From contig OY782677.1 of the NCBI GenBank assembly GCA_963677975.1, positions 779,605-843,604 on the forward strand: 64,000 nt of DNA. Direction: 5' to 3'. Of this stretch, positions 1-10,849 are shown piece by piece (the stretch's first letter is position 1; every line of letters starts with the position of its first letter). The notes beneath the pieces were generated by a model that searched no databases, was not told the DNA's origin, and saw nothing but the letters and a program-made list of their open reading frames with translations. The stretch comes from Bacteroidales bacterium (GTDB taxonomy: Bacteria; Bacteroidota; Bacteroidia; Bacteroidales; UBA4417). The position numbers and the translations under genes are program-made.

Positions 1-87
1 GGAATCATCTGCGGAGGGAGCGCTATCTACCTGGCTATGGCCGAAGTCCTGGAAGAAACCAGGGGTAAAAAGATACTTCCTTTCTGA
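1..87 (+). CDS. 3' end of an unidentified gene (C-terminal 28 codons, partial)
   Basis: The frame is open from base 1 (GIICGGSAIYLAMAEVLEETRGKKILPF) to TGA at 85-87. A terminator hairpin follows. The fragment is too short to name. Confidence 0.3.
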   Translation, partial: GIICGGSAIYLAMAEVLEETRGKKILPF

Positions 88-110
88 TTTTAACAGGTCC
101 TTGTTTTATC

Positions 111-138
111 AAAAAAGCTGCAACATGCAGCTTTTTTA
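111..138. terminator. Rho-independent (bidirectional-looking) terminator hairpin
   Basis: An A-run precedes stem AGCTGCA (116-122), loop ACA and stem TGCAGCT (126-132), followed by a T-run at 133-138. Confidence 0.6.
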
Positions 139-340
139 TTTTATGAGCAGCCCGGATTCCGAACTCAGTATTAAGACCCAGTTGGGTTCAGATTTTAGCA
201 TTTTGTCGGATAAAACATGACCTGTTTTGGAACCTATTTTGAGAAATAATCGTTAATAATTAAATCTAATAAAAATAATTTGTTCCATAATATACTGAAT
301 AACAATGCCATGTTAAATTTATTGTAAATTATATTGTATA

Positions 341-371
341 AAACAGTACTGTGCATTGCATAGTACTGTTT
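341..371. promoter_or_regulatory. Candidate PadR operator (31-nt near-perfect palindrome)
   Basis: AAACAGTACT-gTGCAtTGCAt-AGTACTGTTT has perfect 10-bp outer arms and 28 of 31 positions self-complementary. It lies 40 bp upstream of the padR-like ATG at 411. Confidence 0.45.
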
Positions 372-410
372 ATTGTATTATCTTTGCCTCGTTATTCAAA
401 TATACTCCTC

Positions 411-800
411 ATGGAAAAAGCAGATTCAACAATTGCCCAGATGCGAAAAGGAGTGCTCGAGATGTGTGTACTGGCAGCCATTGGTAACCGCGAAGCATAT
501 GCATCGGATATTCTTGACTGGTTAAAGCAATCGCACCTGATTGTCGTCGAAGGCACACTGTACCCTATCCTGACAAGGCTCAAAAACGAAGGTTTTCTTA
601 ATTACCGGTGGGAAGAATCAAGCTCAGGACCTCCACGAAAATACTATTCAGTTACTCCTGAGGGCACTGCATTCCTTTCGGAACTGCGTTCAGGCTGGAA
701 TGATCTTGTCCGGTCAGTGGTTTCATTAGCTGCCGGGAATTACCAACCGAAAATACCGGGGCAGCCAGTCACTAACGACCAGTGGATCAGCCTCGATTAA
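411..800 (+). CDS. PadR family transcriptional regulator
   Basis: Winged-helix PadR signature (GVLEMCVLAAI...YASDI...EGTLYPILTRLKNEGFL...RKYYSVTPEG). The track ORF starts at GTG 351, but ATG 411 (MEKAD) is the more plausible start. Confidence 0.85.
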   Translation: MEKADSTIAQMRKGVLEMCVLAAIGNREAYASDILDWLKQSHLIVVEGTLYPILTRLKNEGFLNYRWEESSSGPPRKYYSVTPEGTAFLSELRSGWNDLVRSVVSLAAGNYQPKIPGQPVTNDQWISLD

Positions 801-877
801 TAATCGGGTATCTGAATTACTCATATTATTGAACAAAGGGTACCAGGATTTATCCAATAATAAACAAAAACAACAAA

Positions 878-2431
878 ATGAAAAAGAACTTCTCAGTTAA
901 TATAGGAGGCCGGATTTTTAACATCGACGACGATGCATACGAATGCCTCAACAACTACCTTTCACGTTTGCGAAACTTTTTTGCTTCCGATCAGGGATCA
1001 TCAGAAATATTAGCCGATATCGAAATGCGTATTGCCGAATTGCTCGACCAGAAAAAAGAACAAGGCCAGCAAATTATTACTTTGGCAAATATAGAAGACG
1101 TAATAGCCGGTATGGGCGAACCTGACCAGTTGTCGGACACCGAAACAGAAAAGCCACAAAACCGTTCAGGGATAAAAACCGGCGGTAAGCTTTTCCGCGA
1201 TCCCGACAACAGGCAGATAGGTGGGGTTGCAGCAGGAATTGCTGCATGGTTTGGAATCGACCCGGTATGGGTAAGGTTGATTTTTGCTTTGTTCACATTG
1301 TTTTATGCAGTTGGGATAATTGTATACGCTGTGTTGTGGCTTATACTTCCTGTAGCACAAACCACCTCCGAAAAACTTGAAATGCAGCGGCAGACTATTA
1401 ATATCAGCACACTGCGAAATGAACTTGCATCGGCAAGCAATGGTATTCAGAAAACCGGGAACAGTATTCTGAGGTCGACAGGGACATTCATCCGCTTTAT
1501 AACGGAGGTTGTAGCCCATCTTTTTCGGCTGATAATTACAATTCTCGGTAGACTGGCAGGGCTGGCATTATTGCTTGGAGTTGTTGCAATTTTTGTAGGG
1601 CTTAGCGTTGCATCCCTGGTCAGGGAACCTATAAATATGGGCAATTACCAGCTTGATACAACCACTGTTATACAGGGACTTCAGTGGTTGGTTCCTGGTC
1701 CTGATGTAAGATGGCTGGCATACATTACAGTACTTCTTTTGCTTATAGCAATAACCGGTTTGCTTATATACACAGGCCTGCGGCTGCTGCTGAAATGGCC
1801 ACCACTTCGCTGGCAGGTTGTTATTGTTTTTGTTCTGTTACTGGTGGCGGGAATAATAACCGGATTCGGAACAGTATTCCAGTATTCACGTTCGTCGGAA
1901 AAAATTGCATCACTTACCGAACGAAACAGTATCGTTATGAAGAAAAAAATAATTCACCTGGCTTCGGGGCCAAACGAATACAATGAATATTTTATGCCTC
2001 TTGCCGGTGATACAACACCTGGAAACTCAAAATACGCCCTGGGGGAAATCAACCTGAGTCTACGTCCCGTTCCAGCAGACAGCTTATTTATAACCGGCAT
2101 TAAATCATCGTCGGGTTGGCAGGAATCTATAGCTCAAATGTATGCAAAAAACATTTCATACAGTCTTAATTTACAGGATACACTCATTACGCTTAATCCC
2201 TATTTTATGTTTCCGCAAAGCGATGGTATGCGTTACCAGAAACTTGCTGTAATAGTTGGCATACCTGTGAATACTGAGGTTAGAATTGACGAACCATTAA
2301 GCTGGCGCACCAATTATAGTGATTTCATTGATCACGATCGCGAGGCAGGGATTTATATTATGACTGCATCAGGACTTAAACTGAAAAATCCGCCGGTTGC
2401 TGAATCAGATAGTGCTTCGCAGGCAAAGTAA
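878..2431 (+). CDS. PspC domain-containing membrane protein
   Basis: PspC motif FRDPDNRQIGGVAAGIAAWFGIDPVWVRLIFAL followed by several TM segments. The PadR + PspC-domain pairing is common in Bacteroidota. Confidence 0.8.
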   Translation: MKKNFSVNIGGRIFNIDDDAYECLNNYLSRLRNFFASDQGSSEILADIEMRIAELLDQKKEQGQQIITLANIEDVIAGMGEPDQLSDTETEKPQNRSGIKTGGKLFRDPDNRQIGGVAAGIAAWFGIDPVWVRLIFALFTLFYAVGIIVYAVLWLILPVAQTTSEKLEMQRQTINISTLRNELASASNGIQKTGNSILRSTGTFIRFITEVVAHLFRLIITILGRLAGLALLLGVVAIFVGLSVASLVREPINMGNYQLDTTTVIQGLQWLVPGPDVRWLAYITVLLLLIAITGLLIYTGLRLLLKWPPLRWQVVIVFVLLLVAGIITGFGTVFQYSRSSEKIASLTERNSIVMKKKIIHLASGPNEYNEYFMPLAGDTTPGNSKYALGEINLSLRPVPADSLFITGIKSSSGWQESIAQMYAKNISYSLNLQDTLITLNPYFMFPQSDGMRYQKLAVIVGIPVNTEVRIDEPLSWRTNYSDFIDHDREAGIYIMTASGLKLKNPPVAESDSASQAK

Positions 2432-2500
2432 CAGGAATTTATTCCCCCCTTTTATCCAAACAAACACAAAGATAAAAGTGGCAATAAATGAGAAGAAGAG

Positions 2501-3289
2501 CTATTCCTTTTCCCCGTTCATCCAGGCTTTGAAGGCTGATGAACGTGACCGGCTGACGATAATTTCCTGTCCCGGATCGGGCATGATATCGATTTTCAGC
2601 TTGAAACTGAAATAATTATATACTTTCCGGATGGCGTCAGCTGAAACTATAAACTGCCTGTTTACCCTGAAAAAAAGCGTTGGATCAAGAACAGATGTCA
2701 GTGTTTCAATCGAATACGGAATAAAATATCTCTTATTGTCGAGTGTAAGCATCAGCACTTCTTTGTCTTCAGCATAAAAACAGGCAATATTCCGGACTTT
2801 AACAGGCACCATAGTATCGCCCTTGCTTACAAGGAAACGGTCTTTAAAAACCTGTTTTTCAGGAGCCCTTAAGTTGCGTATCATATCATATAGCTGTTGA
2901 TTCGGATTTGATACACCATAATATTCTTTAAGTTTCTGCAGCTTTTCCAATGAAGCTTTCAGTTTTTCCCGGTTCACCGGTTTAAGCAGATAGTCGATAC
3001 TGTTAAGTTCGAAAGCTTTAAGCGCATATTCGTCATAAGCAGTTGTAAAAATTACCGGTGTAACAATGTCGCACTCGTCGAAAATTGAAAAACTTTTCCC
3101 GTCGGCCAGCTGTATATCGAGCAGTATCAGGTCGTATTGAGGTTCCGATTTAAGGTGCAGGATGGTGGCCGAAACCGTATCGATCGGCCCGAAGATTTCG
3201 GATTCAGGCTCAATTGCTTTCACCAGTTGTGCCAATCTCTGAGCGGCCAGTTCTTCGTCTTCTACAATAAGGATTTTCATGGTATTCAT
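2501..3289 (-). CDS. LytR/AlgR-family response regulator (REC + LytTR DNA-binding domain)
   Basis: N-terminal receiver (KILIVEDEELAAQRL...LDIQLADG) and C-terminal LytTR (FFRVNRQFIVSADAI). Confidence 0.85.
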   Translation of the reverse strand: MNTMKILIVEDEELAAQRLAQLVKAIEPESEIFGPIDTVSATILHLKSEPQYDLILLDIQLADGKSFSIFDECDIVTPVIFTTAYDEYALKAFELNSIDYLLKPVNREKLKASLEKLQKLKEYYGVSNPNQQLYDMIRNLRAPEKQVFKDRFLVSKGDTMVPVKVRNIACFYAEDKEVLMLTLDNKRYFIPYSIETLTSVLDPTLFFRVNRQFIVSADAIRKVYNYFSFKLKIDIMPDPGQEIIVSRSRSSAFKAWMNGEKE

Positions 3290-3325
3290 TTTTTCTTCTT
3301 ACAGAGTATGCTATGCCTTTGCTGA

Positions 3326-4393
3326 TCATATTGATTTTTCGAACAGGGGAAGCATTACCATAAATTTACCATTTTCCTGTTTTACAACTATATTTTTACC
3401 GGAAAGGTGCAGATAGCGGTTTTGAATATTGGAAAGGCCTACTCCTGTAGACGGATCTTTATCAATTTTAGCTTTAATAGTGTTTTCGATAACAATGTAT
3501 ACATTATCCGAAATGTAGACTTTCACATTCAACGGGTCTTCCTTCGAAACGACATTATGTTTTATGCTGTTTTCAAGCAACATCTGCAGCGAAAGCGGTG
3601 GAATAGCATAATGGTAATACCTTTCGGGCACATCAAATTCGACCTGGAGTTTGTTGCCGAACCTGCTTTGCTGAACAAAAACATAATCGCGGGCAATTTT
3701 CAGTTCATCGCGCAACAAAACAGCTTCTTTATCACGTGACTGCAACATATAGCGCATGATCTCGGAGATACTTTCGACATAACGCGATGCTACAGGGTTG
3801 TCATTAACCAGCATCAGCAAAGTATTCAGGCTATTGAAAAGAAAGTGCGGATTAACCTGGTTTCGCAATGTGTCGTAGCGTGCTTCGAGGTTTGCTTTTT
3901 CCAGTTCCTGTGTACGCAGGAGGTTTTCTTTCCACTGTATAAAAAAAGCAACCGAAGCGTATATAGAACTGATCATGAATGTAATCAGCAGCGACCCGAT
4001 AATCAATGTACGCTTCTCCCCATAGCCCATTGGGATTTTGAGATAATGTTCAACAGTATATATTTCACTTAATTCAACTATAAGTACAAAACTGCAAAGG
4101 GCAATAACCTGAAAAGCAATAAGTTTGAATGTTTCCTTAAAAACAGGGAACCGCTTAACTGCAAACTGTATGATGATCATACTTCCGTTCCATATTAAGG
4201 CCGTTCGTATAAAAGATACAAGGAATGCCTTCAAGAACCCTGCATCGCCCTGCGAATACCCAAAATCGATAAATACGGAAACTGCAGAAATAGCAGTAAT
4301 TCCTATAAACCGTATTATGAATTCGCGCCACTGGTTTTTACGCTGATCCAGTACCGGAATACAATCGATATTTTCCTTTCTAATCTCTTTCAT
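3326..4393 (-). CDS. Sensor histidine kinase (LytS/YehU-type His_kinase + HATPase)
   Basis: Membrane N-terminus, NPHFLFNSLNTL H-box, and LLENSIKH...GVGLSNIQNRY ATPase motifs. It sits directly upstream of the LytTR regulator on the same strand. Confidence 0.85.
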   Translation of the reverse strand: MKEIRKENIDCIPVLDQRKNQWREFIIRFIGITAISAVSVFIDFGYSQGDAGFLKAFLVSFIRTALIWNGSMIIIQFAVKRFPVFKETFKLIAFQVIALCSFVLIVELSEIYTVEHYLKIPMGYGEKRTLIIGSLLITFMISSIYASVAFFIQWKENLLRTQELEKANLEARYDTLRNQVNPHFLFNSLNTLLMLVNDNPVASRYVESISEIMRYMLQSRDKEAVLLRDELKIARDYVFVQQSRFGNKLQVEFDVPERYYHYAIPPLSLQMLLENSIKHNVVSKEDPLNVKVYISDNVYIVIENTIKAKIDKDPSTGVGLSNIQNRYLHLSGKNIVVKQENGKFMVMLPLFEKSI

Positions 4394-4468
4394 TTTTTTG
4401 AAGTGTACTGATTTGCTAAACTATAAAATATTCTTTTATGCGATGCAGATTTCAGTTTATTAACCTTT

Positions 4469-4942
4469 CTAAACCGGAACTTTCAGAACCATCATTCCAA
4501 AGGCAATAAAGGGTGTGAGCAGCGCAACCAAACCCCATACATCCCAATTTTTCAAAAGTTTACGAAACAAATACCAGTCCTCATTGGCCATAGTTTTCGA
4601 TGTTGAAGTAAGAGTATAAATCCTGTTCTGCAATGGGGTTACTTTTAAGCCAAAGGCAATTCCTGAAGTGATAAAAAGCAGGATTGGCCAGAGTATCCAA
4701 CTTGTTTTCAGCATAGGAAAATGCGCATATAAAGCCAGTCCGATTCCAGATGCCACAATAACAATCACCCCGGGAATTGTAAAAATCTTATCGGCTTGAA
4801 TAATGGATTTTATGGTGTGATTGATCACTTCCTGGCTTTTAGTCCGCACTGCATAATGCATCCAGAATAAGCCGGTGGTGATATTGCCTAAGAATAACAT
4901 TATGGCAAATATGTGAATTGCTTTCAGGATTAAATACATCAT
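4469..4942 (-). CDS. DUF2269-type integral membrane protein
   Basis: Four predicted TM helices, and the N-terminus LKAIHIFAIMLFLGNITTGLFW resembles DUF2269. Confidence 0.5.
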   Translation of the reverse strand: MMYLILKAIHIFAIMLFLGNITTGLFWMHYAVRTKSQEVINHTIKSIIQADKIFTIPGVIVIVASGIGLALYAHFPMLKTSWILWPILLFITSGIAFGLKVTPLQNRIYTLTSTSKTMANEDWYLFRKLLKNWDVWGLVALLTPFIAFGMMVLKVPV

Positions 4943-4986
4943 CTGATGAAGGAATTTAAACTGTTTTGTAAGTGTATAATGATTAT

Positions 4987-5565
4987 CTATTTTAGATTTT
5001 TCCCCAACATTTCAGCCTCGTTCAGCCATTTTTCACGGGAGTTAGCTTTTGACGAGATAAGCGGACTGAATGAAGTAATTTTTACTGGTTTTATGCCGCA
5101 AAATCCCAGCACCCCGATTTTCATAGCATTATGCCCCGGGTTGTGCATGAAAAGCGAATAGTACCATTTTGGCGTATCCATAGTTACTATCAGCCTGGCC
5201 GATTTACCGGTTAAAAGTTTATTCAACATCCGGCTGTTTTCGCGGTAACTGAATGCAAATCCCGGAAGTAAAATCCTGTCGAGGAAACCTTTTAGTAAAG
5301 CAGGATACGTTCCCCACCAGTTTGGGTATACAAGAACTATGTGCTCTGTTTTTGAAATTTCCTGTTGCATCATTAACAAGTCTGGTTCAAGTTCCGTGCG
5401 GTGGCGGTAACCGTAGCTCAAATTCGGGTCAAATTTAAGATCAGTAAGATTTACCAGTTTGCATTCGGCTCCTGAGTGTTCAGCTCCATTTTTATACCTG
5501 ACTGCTAATTCGTTACAAAAACTTTGCTTGTCGGGATGGCCGTTTATGATCAATATGTTTTTCAT
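4987..5565 (-). CDS. NAD(P)H-dependent oxidoreductase, flavodoxin-like fold
   Basis: MKNILIINGHP...IVLVYPNWWGTYPALLKGFLDRIL is typical of the Flavodoxin_2 / NAD(P)H dehydrogenase (quinone) family. Confidence 0.75.
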   Translation of the reverse strand: MKNILIINGHPDKQSFCNELAVRYKNGAEHSGAECKLVNLTDLKFDPNLSYGYRHRTELEPDLLMMQQEISKTEHIVLVYPNWWGTYPALLKGFLDRILLPGFAFSYRENSRMLNKLLTGKSARLIVTMDTPKWYYSLFMHNPGHNAMKIGVLGFCGIKPVKITSFSPLISSKANSREKWLNEAEMLGKNLK

Positions 5566-5589
5566 TTTTATATACTGTTGTTCAGAGAT

Positions 5590-7950
5590 TTAGAAATGAA
5601 TCCGATACTGCATCATAGGGAAAAAACCGAGCTGATAAACATTTGTAACTTCATTTTTCGATGGGCTGTAGGTTTGCATCAGGACGTTCTGGTGGTTGGT
5701 GAAATTCTCTATGTAGAAAACCCACTCCTGCGATACTTTGCGCCAGTTAAGCCTGTACCCAAATTTGATATCGGCCTTGAAATACGGGTCGAATTTCTCG
5801 CTGTACGCTTTTGAATCATCATACTTTGTCATGTTTGCAGCCTGGGATGCCTGCAGATCGACCGGTGTGTAATAGTTCCCTCCGGCAACGGTCATCTTAA
5901 AGTCGATGTTGAAAGCCGATTTACTGTTAATCGGGAACTCTTTGCCAAGCAATGCATTCACCACATAGTTCCCGTTGAATGCAGTATTACGTTCTATTCC
6001 GTCACTGCCCTTGTATTTGGATTCGAAGAGTGATACAGTTGCCAGGTAATAAATGTTTTTACTGAAGAAGCGCTCAACCGTAAGTTCGAGCCCGTAGTTT
6101 TTCCCGGTTCCATTATTCAACAGGCTATCCTGGGCTGCCACTCCCCAGCCGGCGCCCGTATTCAACATACTGAATGAGGTACTGGCTGTTTCCACAGGCA
6201 CGTCATACAAATATTGATAATATATTTCTGCCTTTATACGGGTGTTTTCTGTTATGGAATTGTTGTAGCCCAGAATGAATTGGTGTGATTTCGTAAATCC
6301 AAGCTCTGTATTGGTTTCGATTAGTGATCCGTCAGCCATTTGTGTTCCGAGGAAATAGGTCGACAATGTTTGGGAGCGTGAATGCAGGCCATACCCAAAG
6401 CTGACTTTTTGTTTCCCATTCAACTGCCAGGTCAGGCCTAAGCGCGGTTCGATTGTAGCAGAACTGTTGAGGTCGAGATAGCTGAAATGAAGGCCCGGAA
6501 CAATACTGAATTTATCGTTAAAGCGATAGGTTGCCTGGGTATACGGCTGGTATAGGGTGACACCTTCACCTAGTCCTTTGCTTTCATCGATCATGGCACG
6601 CATCGACTGCGACTCGTTGTTATAAATTTTGGTGAGAAGGTCAAAGCCCATACGGTCGATCTGAAATCCGCCTCTTACAGTTAAATGGCTGTTATACTTT
6701 GAGTTTACGAAACCGCTTAATGATGTTCGGAATTCAGCATAATTATGGTCAATATTGGGGTGAGGCATTCCACCCGAATCGAGAGTATCGATGGTGGTAC
6801 CGCCATTCTGGTAGAAACCGGAAAGCATCAGTTTATAATAGGTATGCTCATTCATAAACCGGGTATATGTAATTCCTGTAGCTCCCATTTTGGAGCGGTT
6901 TCGCAAATCCTGTCCCTCATTTGAGTATAAGTCCTGCTGGTTGCCATTCTGGCTGTCGAGCATAGCTATCTCGCTGTTCCCGCCAAGTCCGAAAACGGTA
7001 ATCCTGCCTTTTTTAAGAGGGAAATTGAGCTTGAATGTAAGGTCCTGGTATTTTGGGATACCGGTTGTCCCCAGGTTGATAACACCGTCCATGAGTTGAA
7101 GTGTTGAATAACGAAAATTAGCCAGATACGAAGCTTTATGGTTTTTACTGAACGGACCTTCGGCTCCGGCTTCAAACCCGTTGAAGCCTACCTGGAAGAG
7201 TTGCTCGTGTTTCTGGTTATTTCCATTGCGCATATTGAGGTCGAAAACCCCGCTAAGTGCATTGCCATATTGTGCGGGAAAGGCACCTGTAAAGAAGTCG
7301 CTGTTTTGGAGCACGTTGTTGTTAAGCATGCCAACGGGGCCACCGGTTGTGCCGTTTTCGGCAAAATGGTTTGGGTTTGGAATGTCAACATCTTCGAGCC
7401 TCCAAAGTAAACCGCTGGGAGAGTTGCCCCTGATAATAATATCGTTACGTTGATCGTTAGCCGATGAAACACCGGCAAAATTCATTGCCATGCGGGCAAC
7501 ATCGCCACGACTTCCGGCATATTTTTCGGTTTCTTCGACTGTGAAAGTACGGGCACTCACGGTTGCCATCTGGTTGCGTGTTTCATATTTGTGTGCCTTT
7601 GCGGTTATTACAACGCCAGTTCCTATAATCACGTTTTGTTCAAGTTCAACTTCAAGGATAATTTCTTTTACCGAATTCACAATAATTCCCTGGAAAGTTG
7701 CTGGTTTGTATCCCATATAAGTTACCTGCAGATCCTGTCGGCCAAGTTTTACATTGCTAAGCCTGAAATCACCTTCCTGGTCAGATATGGTGCCGGTAAG
7801 TGGCTGAACATTAAGCAGAACAACTGTGGCACCTGGAAGTGGTGTTTTCGAATCTTTATCGGTTACATGCCCGCGGATAGTTTGTCCCTGTTGCGCTTTT
7901 ACGATTCCGGAAAAAAGGATGGCGATCGTTATAATCAATAGATGCTTCAT
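5590..7950 (-). CDS. TonB-dependent receptor with N-terminal carboxypeptidase-regulatory-like domain
   Basis: Signal peptide ending VKAQ-Q, a CarboxypepD_reg-like block (IRGHVTDKDSKTPLPGATVVLL...GDFRL), a plug region, a long beta-barrel and a C-terminal aromatic residue (..YRIHF). Confidence 0.85.
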   Translation of the reverse strand: MKHLLIITIAILFSGIVKAQQGQTIRGHVTDKDSKTPLPGATVVLLNVQPLTGTISDQEGDFRLSNVKLGRQDLQVTYMGYKPATFQGIIVNSVKEIILEVELEQNVIIGTGVVITAKAHKYETRNQMATVSARTFTVEETEKYAGSRGDVARMAMNFAGVSSANDQRNDIIIRGNSPSGLLWRLEDVDIPNPNHFAENGTTGGPVGMLNNNVLQNSDFFTGAFPAQYGNALSGVFDLNMRNGNNQKHEQLFQVGFNGFEAGAEGPFSKNHKASYLANFRYSTLQLMDGVINLGTTGIPKYQDLTFKLNFPLKKGRITVFGLGGNSEIAMLDSQNGNQQDLYSNEGQDLRNRSKMGATGITYTRFMNEHTYYKLMLSGFYQNGGTTIDTLDSGGMPHPNIDHNYAEFRTSLSGFVNSKYNSHLTVRGGFQIDRMGFDLLTKIYNNESQSMRAMIDESKGLGEGVTLYQPYTQATYRFNDKFSIVPGLHFSYLDLNSSATIEPRLGLTWQLNGKQKVSFGYGLHSRSQTLSTYFLGTQMADGSLIETNTELGFTKSHQFILGYNNSITENTRIKAEIYYQYLYDVPVETASTSFSMLNTGAGWGVAAQDSLLNNGTGKNYGLELTVERFFSKNIYYLATVSLFESKYKGSDGIERNTAFNGNYVVNALLGKEFPINSKSAFNIDFKMTVAGGNYYTPVDLQASQAANMTKYDDSKAYSEKFDPYFKADIKFGYRLNWRKVSQEWVFYIENFTNHQNVLMQTYSPSKNEVTNVYQLGFFPMMQYRIHF

Positions 7951-8187
7951 AAAGAAATGTTTTTTGTTTGATGAAGCAAAATTGAAGAAACGTTTTAGAA
8001 ACAGAAATATTTTTCCGACGAATTGCAGAAAATGAAGGATGAAATTACTAAAAATGGGACTGATCCACCTTCCGCCATCGGGGCACTTTCCGAATATTTA
8101 ACTTCTCATTGCTTTCCATACCGGATTTATTTGTAATTTAGGTTTTATTATGTTGCAAAGCTGCATTAGCTGCCCAATATAATATTT

Positions 8188-9825
8188 TTGTATTCAACTC
8201 ATTTAAAGCGTAGTATCTTGTACAGGATCGAGTCAAAAATAAACATCCATTCTCCCGAATATGAGGCGAATCTGGAAGCCTATGGGCTGATTATGCAGCA
8301 ATACCACGACAGGCTGAATTCTGTTGTTAACGGTTCGCCGGCAGCCCTTGTGAGCCGGCATAAGGAAAGGGGCAAACTCCTTGCCCGCGAGCGTATCGAT
8401 CGGCTGATCGATCCCAATACGCCGTTCCTGGAGCTATCAATAATGGCTGCATACGGAATGTTCGATAACGGATTTCCTTCGGCCGGGATAATCACCGGCA
8501 TTGGTGTAATTCATGGCCGCGAGGCTATGATTGTTGCCAACGATGCCACTGTAAAAGGCGGAACATATATTGCCGAAACCATCAAAAAGCATGTCAGGGC
8601 ACAGGAAATTGCCATGGAAAACCATCTTCCGTGTGTTTACCTTGTTGATTCGGGCGGCGTTTTCCTGCCTGAACAGGCCAATGTGTTTCCTGACAAGTAC
8701 GATTTCGGGCGTTTCTTTTTCAACCAGGCTCGGATGTCGGCCGAAGGAATTCCCCAGATTTCCGTTGTGATGGGTTCCTGCACTGCCGGGGGTGCCTATG
8801 TCCCGGCTATGAGCGATGAGGTAATTATTGTCCGGAACCAGGGAACCATATTTATCGGCGGCCCTCCTTTGGTAAAGGCCGCAACCGGCGAAGAAGTTAC
8901 TGCCGAAGAACTTGGCGGGGCCGAAGTGCATACTTCCATCTCAGGTGTTGCCGATCATATAGCCGAGAACGACAGCCACGCGCTGCAGATCTGCCGCGAT
9001 ATCTTTTCAACGCTTCGCAAACCTTCGAAGCAACTCCTTGAATTTGCAGCTATTGAGGAACCCTACTACGATCCTTCCGAACTGTATGGAATTGCCCCCA
9101 TCGACCTGCGAAAACCGGTTGATGCGCACGAAATAATTGCCCGAATGGTGGATGGAAGCCGTTTTCACGAATTCAAGGCAAAATATGCTCCTACCATTGT
9201 AACCGGTTTTGCCCATATTATGGGAATGCCGGTGGGAATACTTGCCAATAACGGGGTCTTGTTTTCAGAAACTGCACTTAAAGGAGCACATTTTATCGAA
9301 CTCTGTACTTCGCGGAATGTGCCAATCTTATTTCTGCAGAATATTACAGGATTTATTGTAGGCAAGGAATACGAACGCCGCGGCATTGCCCGCGACGGGG
9401 CAAAACTCGTTCATGCTGTTGCAAATGCCAGGGTTCCGAAATTTACCGTGGTTTTCGGCGGTTCGTTTGGTGCAGGCAACTATGCCATGGCCGGCCGTGC
9501 GTACGAGCCACGCCTCCTCATTATGTGGCCCAATTCGAAAATCAGCGTTATGGGAGGCGAACAGGCTGCTGGTGTACTTATCACCGTGAAGGAGGAACAA
9601 CTTAAAGCAAAAGGACTCACACTTGCTGATGCTGAGCGTGATGAAATGCGCAATTCGATCTTGAAAAAATACGAGGAAGAAGGCTCTGCATATTACAGTA
9701 CAGCTCGCCTCTGGGACGATGGTATTATAGACCCCGTCGATACCCGCAAGGTTTTAGCAATGGGGATAGCGGCTTCGCTAAACAAGCAATGGGAAGAAAC
9801 GAAGTATGGGATTTTCAGGATGTAA
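8188..9825 (+). CDS. mccB: Methylcrotonyl-CoA carboxylase beta (carboxyltransferase) subunit
   Basis: Carboxyl-transferase fold ([16 protein letters not shown]...GIGVIHGR...[11 protein letters not shown]...SGGVFLP). The context supports the call. The 5' end is uncertain: the track start is TTG and the first ATG is 35 codons in. Confidence 0.85.
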   Translation: MYSTHLKRSILYRIESKINIHSPEYEANLEAYGLIMQQYHDRLNSVVNGSPAALVSRHKERGKLLARERIDRLIDPNTPFLELSIMAAYGMFDNGFPSAGIITGIGVIHGREAMIVANDATVKGGTYIAETIKKHVRAQEIAMENHLPCVYLVDSGGVFLPEQANVFPDKYDFGRFFFNQARMSAEGIPQISVVMGSCTAGGAYVPAMSDEVIIVRNQGTIFIGGPPLVKAATGEEVTAEELGGAEVHTSISGVADHIAENDSHALQICRDIFSTLRKPSKQLLEFAAIEEPYYDPSELYGIAPIDLRKPVDAHEIIARMVDGSRFHEFKAKYAPTIVTGFAHIMGMPVGILANNGVLFSETALKGAHFIELCTSRNVPILFLQNITGFIVGKEYERRGIARDGAKLVHAVANARVPKFTVVFGGSFGAGNYAMAGRAYEPRLLIMWPNSKISVMGGEQAAGVLITVKEEQLKAKGLTLADAERDEMRNSILKKYEEEGSAYYSTARLWDDGIIDPVDTRKVLAMGIAASLNKQWEETKYGIFRM

Positions 9826-9979
9826 TCCGGACAATGCGAAGAAGAGACAATGCGAAGGGCGACATAGTGAAAAATGCTGAATTCTTGATTAGGTGTTGAA
9901 TGCGAAGCAGATGATCAGAATTTTGAATTAAACTTTGCATTTTGAATTACCTGGTTTCCATAATTTAAACACCACTAAA

Positions 9980-10768
9980 ATGACTGATTATAAAACAATT
10001 AAACTCGAAACCGGTAGTGGTATTGCCACCATCCTGCTTAACCGCCCCGATATCCGGAACGCATTCAATGAAGTTATGATTGCTGAATTGACTGATGCTT
10101 TCCAAAAAGCCGGGAAAATGGAAGATGTGCGGGTAATAATTCTCAAAGGGGAAGGGAAATCCTTTTGCGCCGGTGCTGACCTGAACTGGATGCGCGATGT
10201 TTCCAAATATGGCTACGAACAGAATTATGCTGAGAGCTACCACTTGTCAAAATGTTTTTATGCCATTTATACTTCACCGAAACCTACTATTGCTGTAATT
10301 CACGGAGCTGCTATCGGCGGTGCCAACGGTCTGCTTGCTGCATGCGACATTGCAGTTTGCGATAGCGAAACCGTATTCTCGCTAAGCGAAGTAAAAATCG
10401 GTATAGTTCCTGCATGTATTTCGCCATATGTTATAAAACGTGTTGGCGAATACGGTGCCCGCGAGCTGATGCTTACCGGTAGGCGGATCAATGGTCAGGA
10501 AGCCGAAAAATATAAACTTGTGAATAAATCGCTTCCCGCCGGCCAGGTCGACGATTATGTTGAACAAATGGTTCAGATGCTCTTAACCAGCGGGCCAGCA
10601 GCCATTACACATTGTAAAAACCTGATCAACACGGTAGTAAATCACATCGATCTCGATGAAGCACTAACCTATACTGCAAAAATGATAGCCGAAATCCGTG
10701 CTTCCAACGAAGGTCAGGAAGGAATGGCGGCGTTCCTCGAGAAAAGGCCTCCGAAGTGGATTGGTTAA
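9980..10768 (+). CDS. Enoyl-CoA hydratase/isomerase family, probable methylglutaconyl-CoA hydratase
   Basis: Crotonase motifs (LNRPDIRNAF...GKSFCAGADL...HGAAIGGANGL). It lies between the two MCCase subunits. The start was refined to ATG 9980 (MTDYKT). Confidence 0.8.
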   Translation: MTDYKTIKLETGSGIATILLNRPDIRNAFNEVMIAELTDAFQKAGKMEDVRVIILKGEGKSFCAGADLNWMRDVSKYGYEQNYAESYHLSKCFYAIYTSPKPTIAVIHGAAIGGANGLLAACDIAVCDSETVFSLSEVKIGIVPACISPYVIKRVGEYGARELMLTGRRINGQEAEKYKLVNKSLPAGQVDDYVEQMVQMLLTSGPAAITHCKNLINTVVNHIDLDEALTYTAKMIAEIRASNEGQEGMAAFLEKRPPKWIG

Positions 10769-10849
10769 AGGTTTGAAGCCGGAAGTCCGAAGCCGGAAAA
10801 AAGGGCACAAAAAAAATGATTCTTAGAATTCTCAATTCTTTGTAAATAA

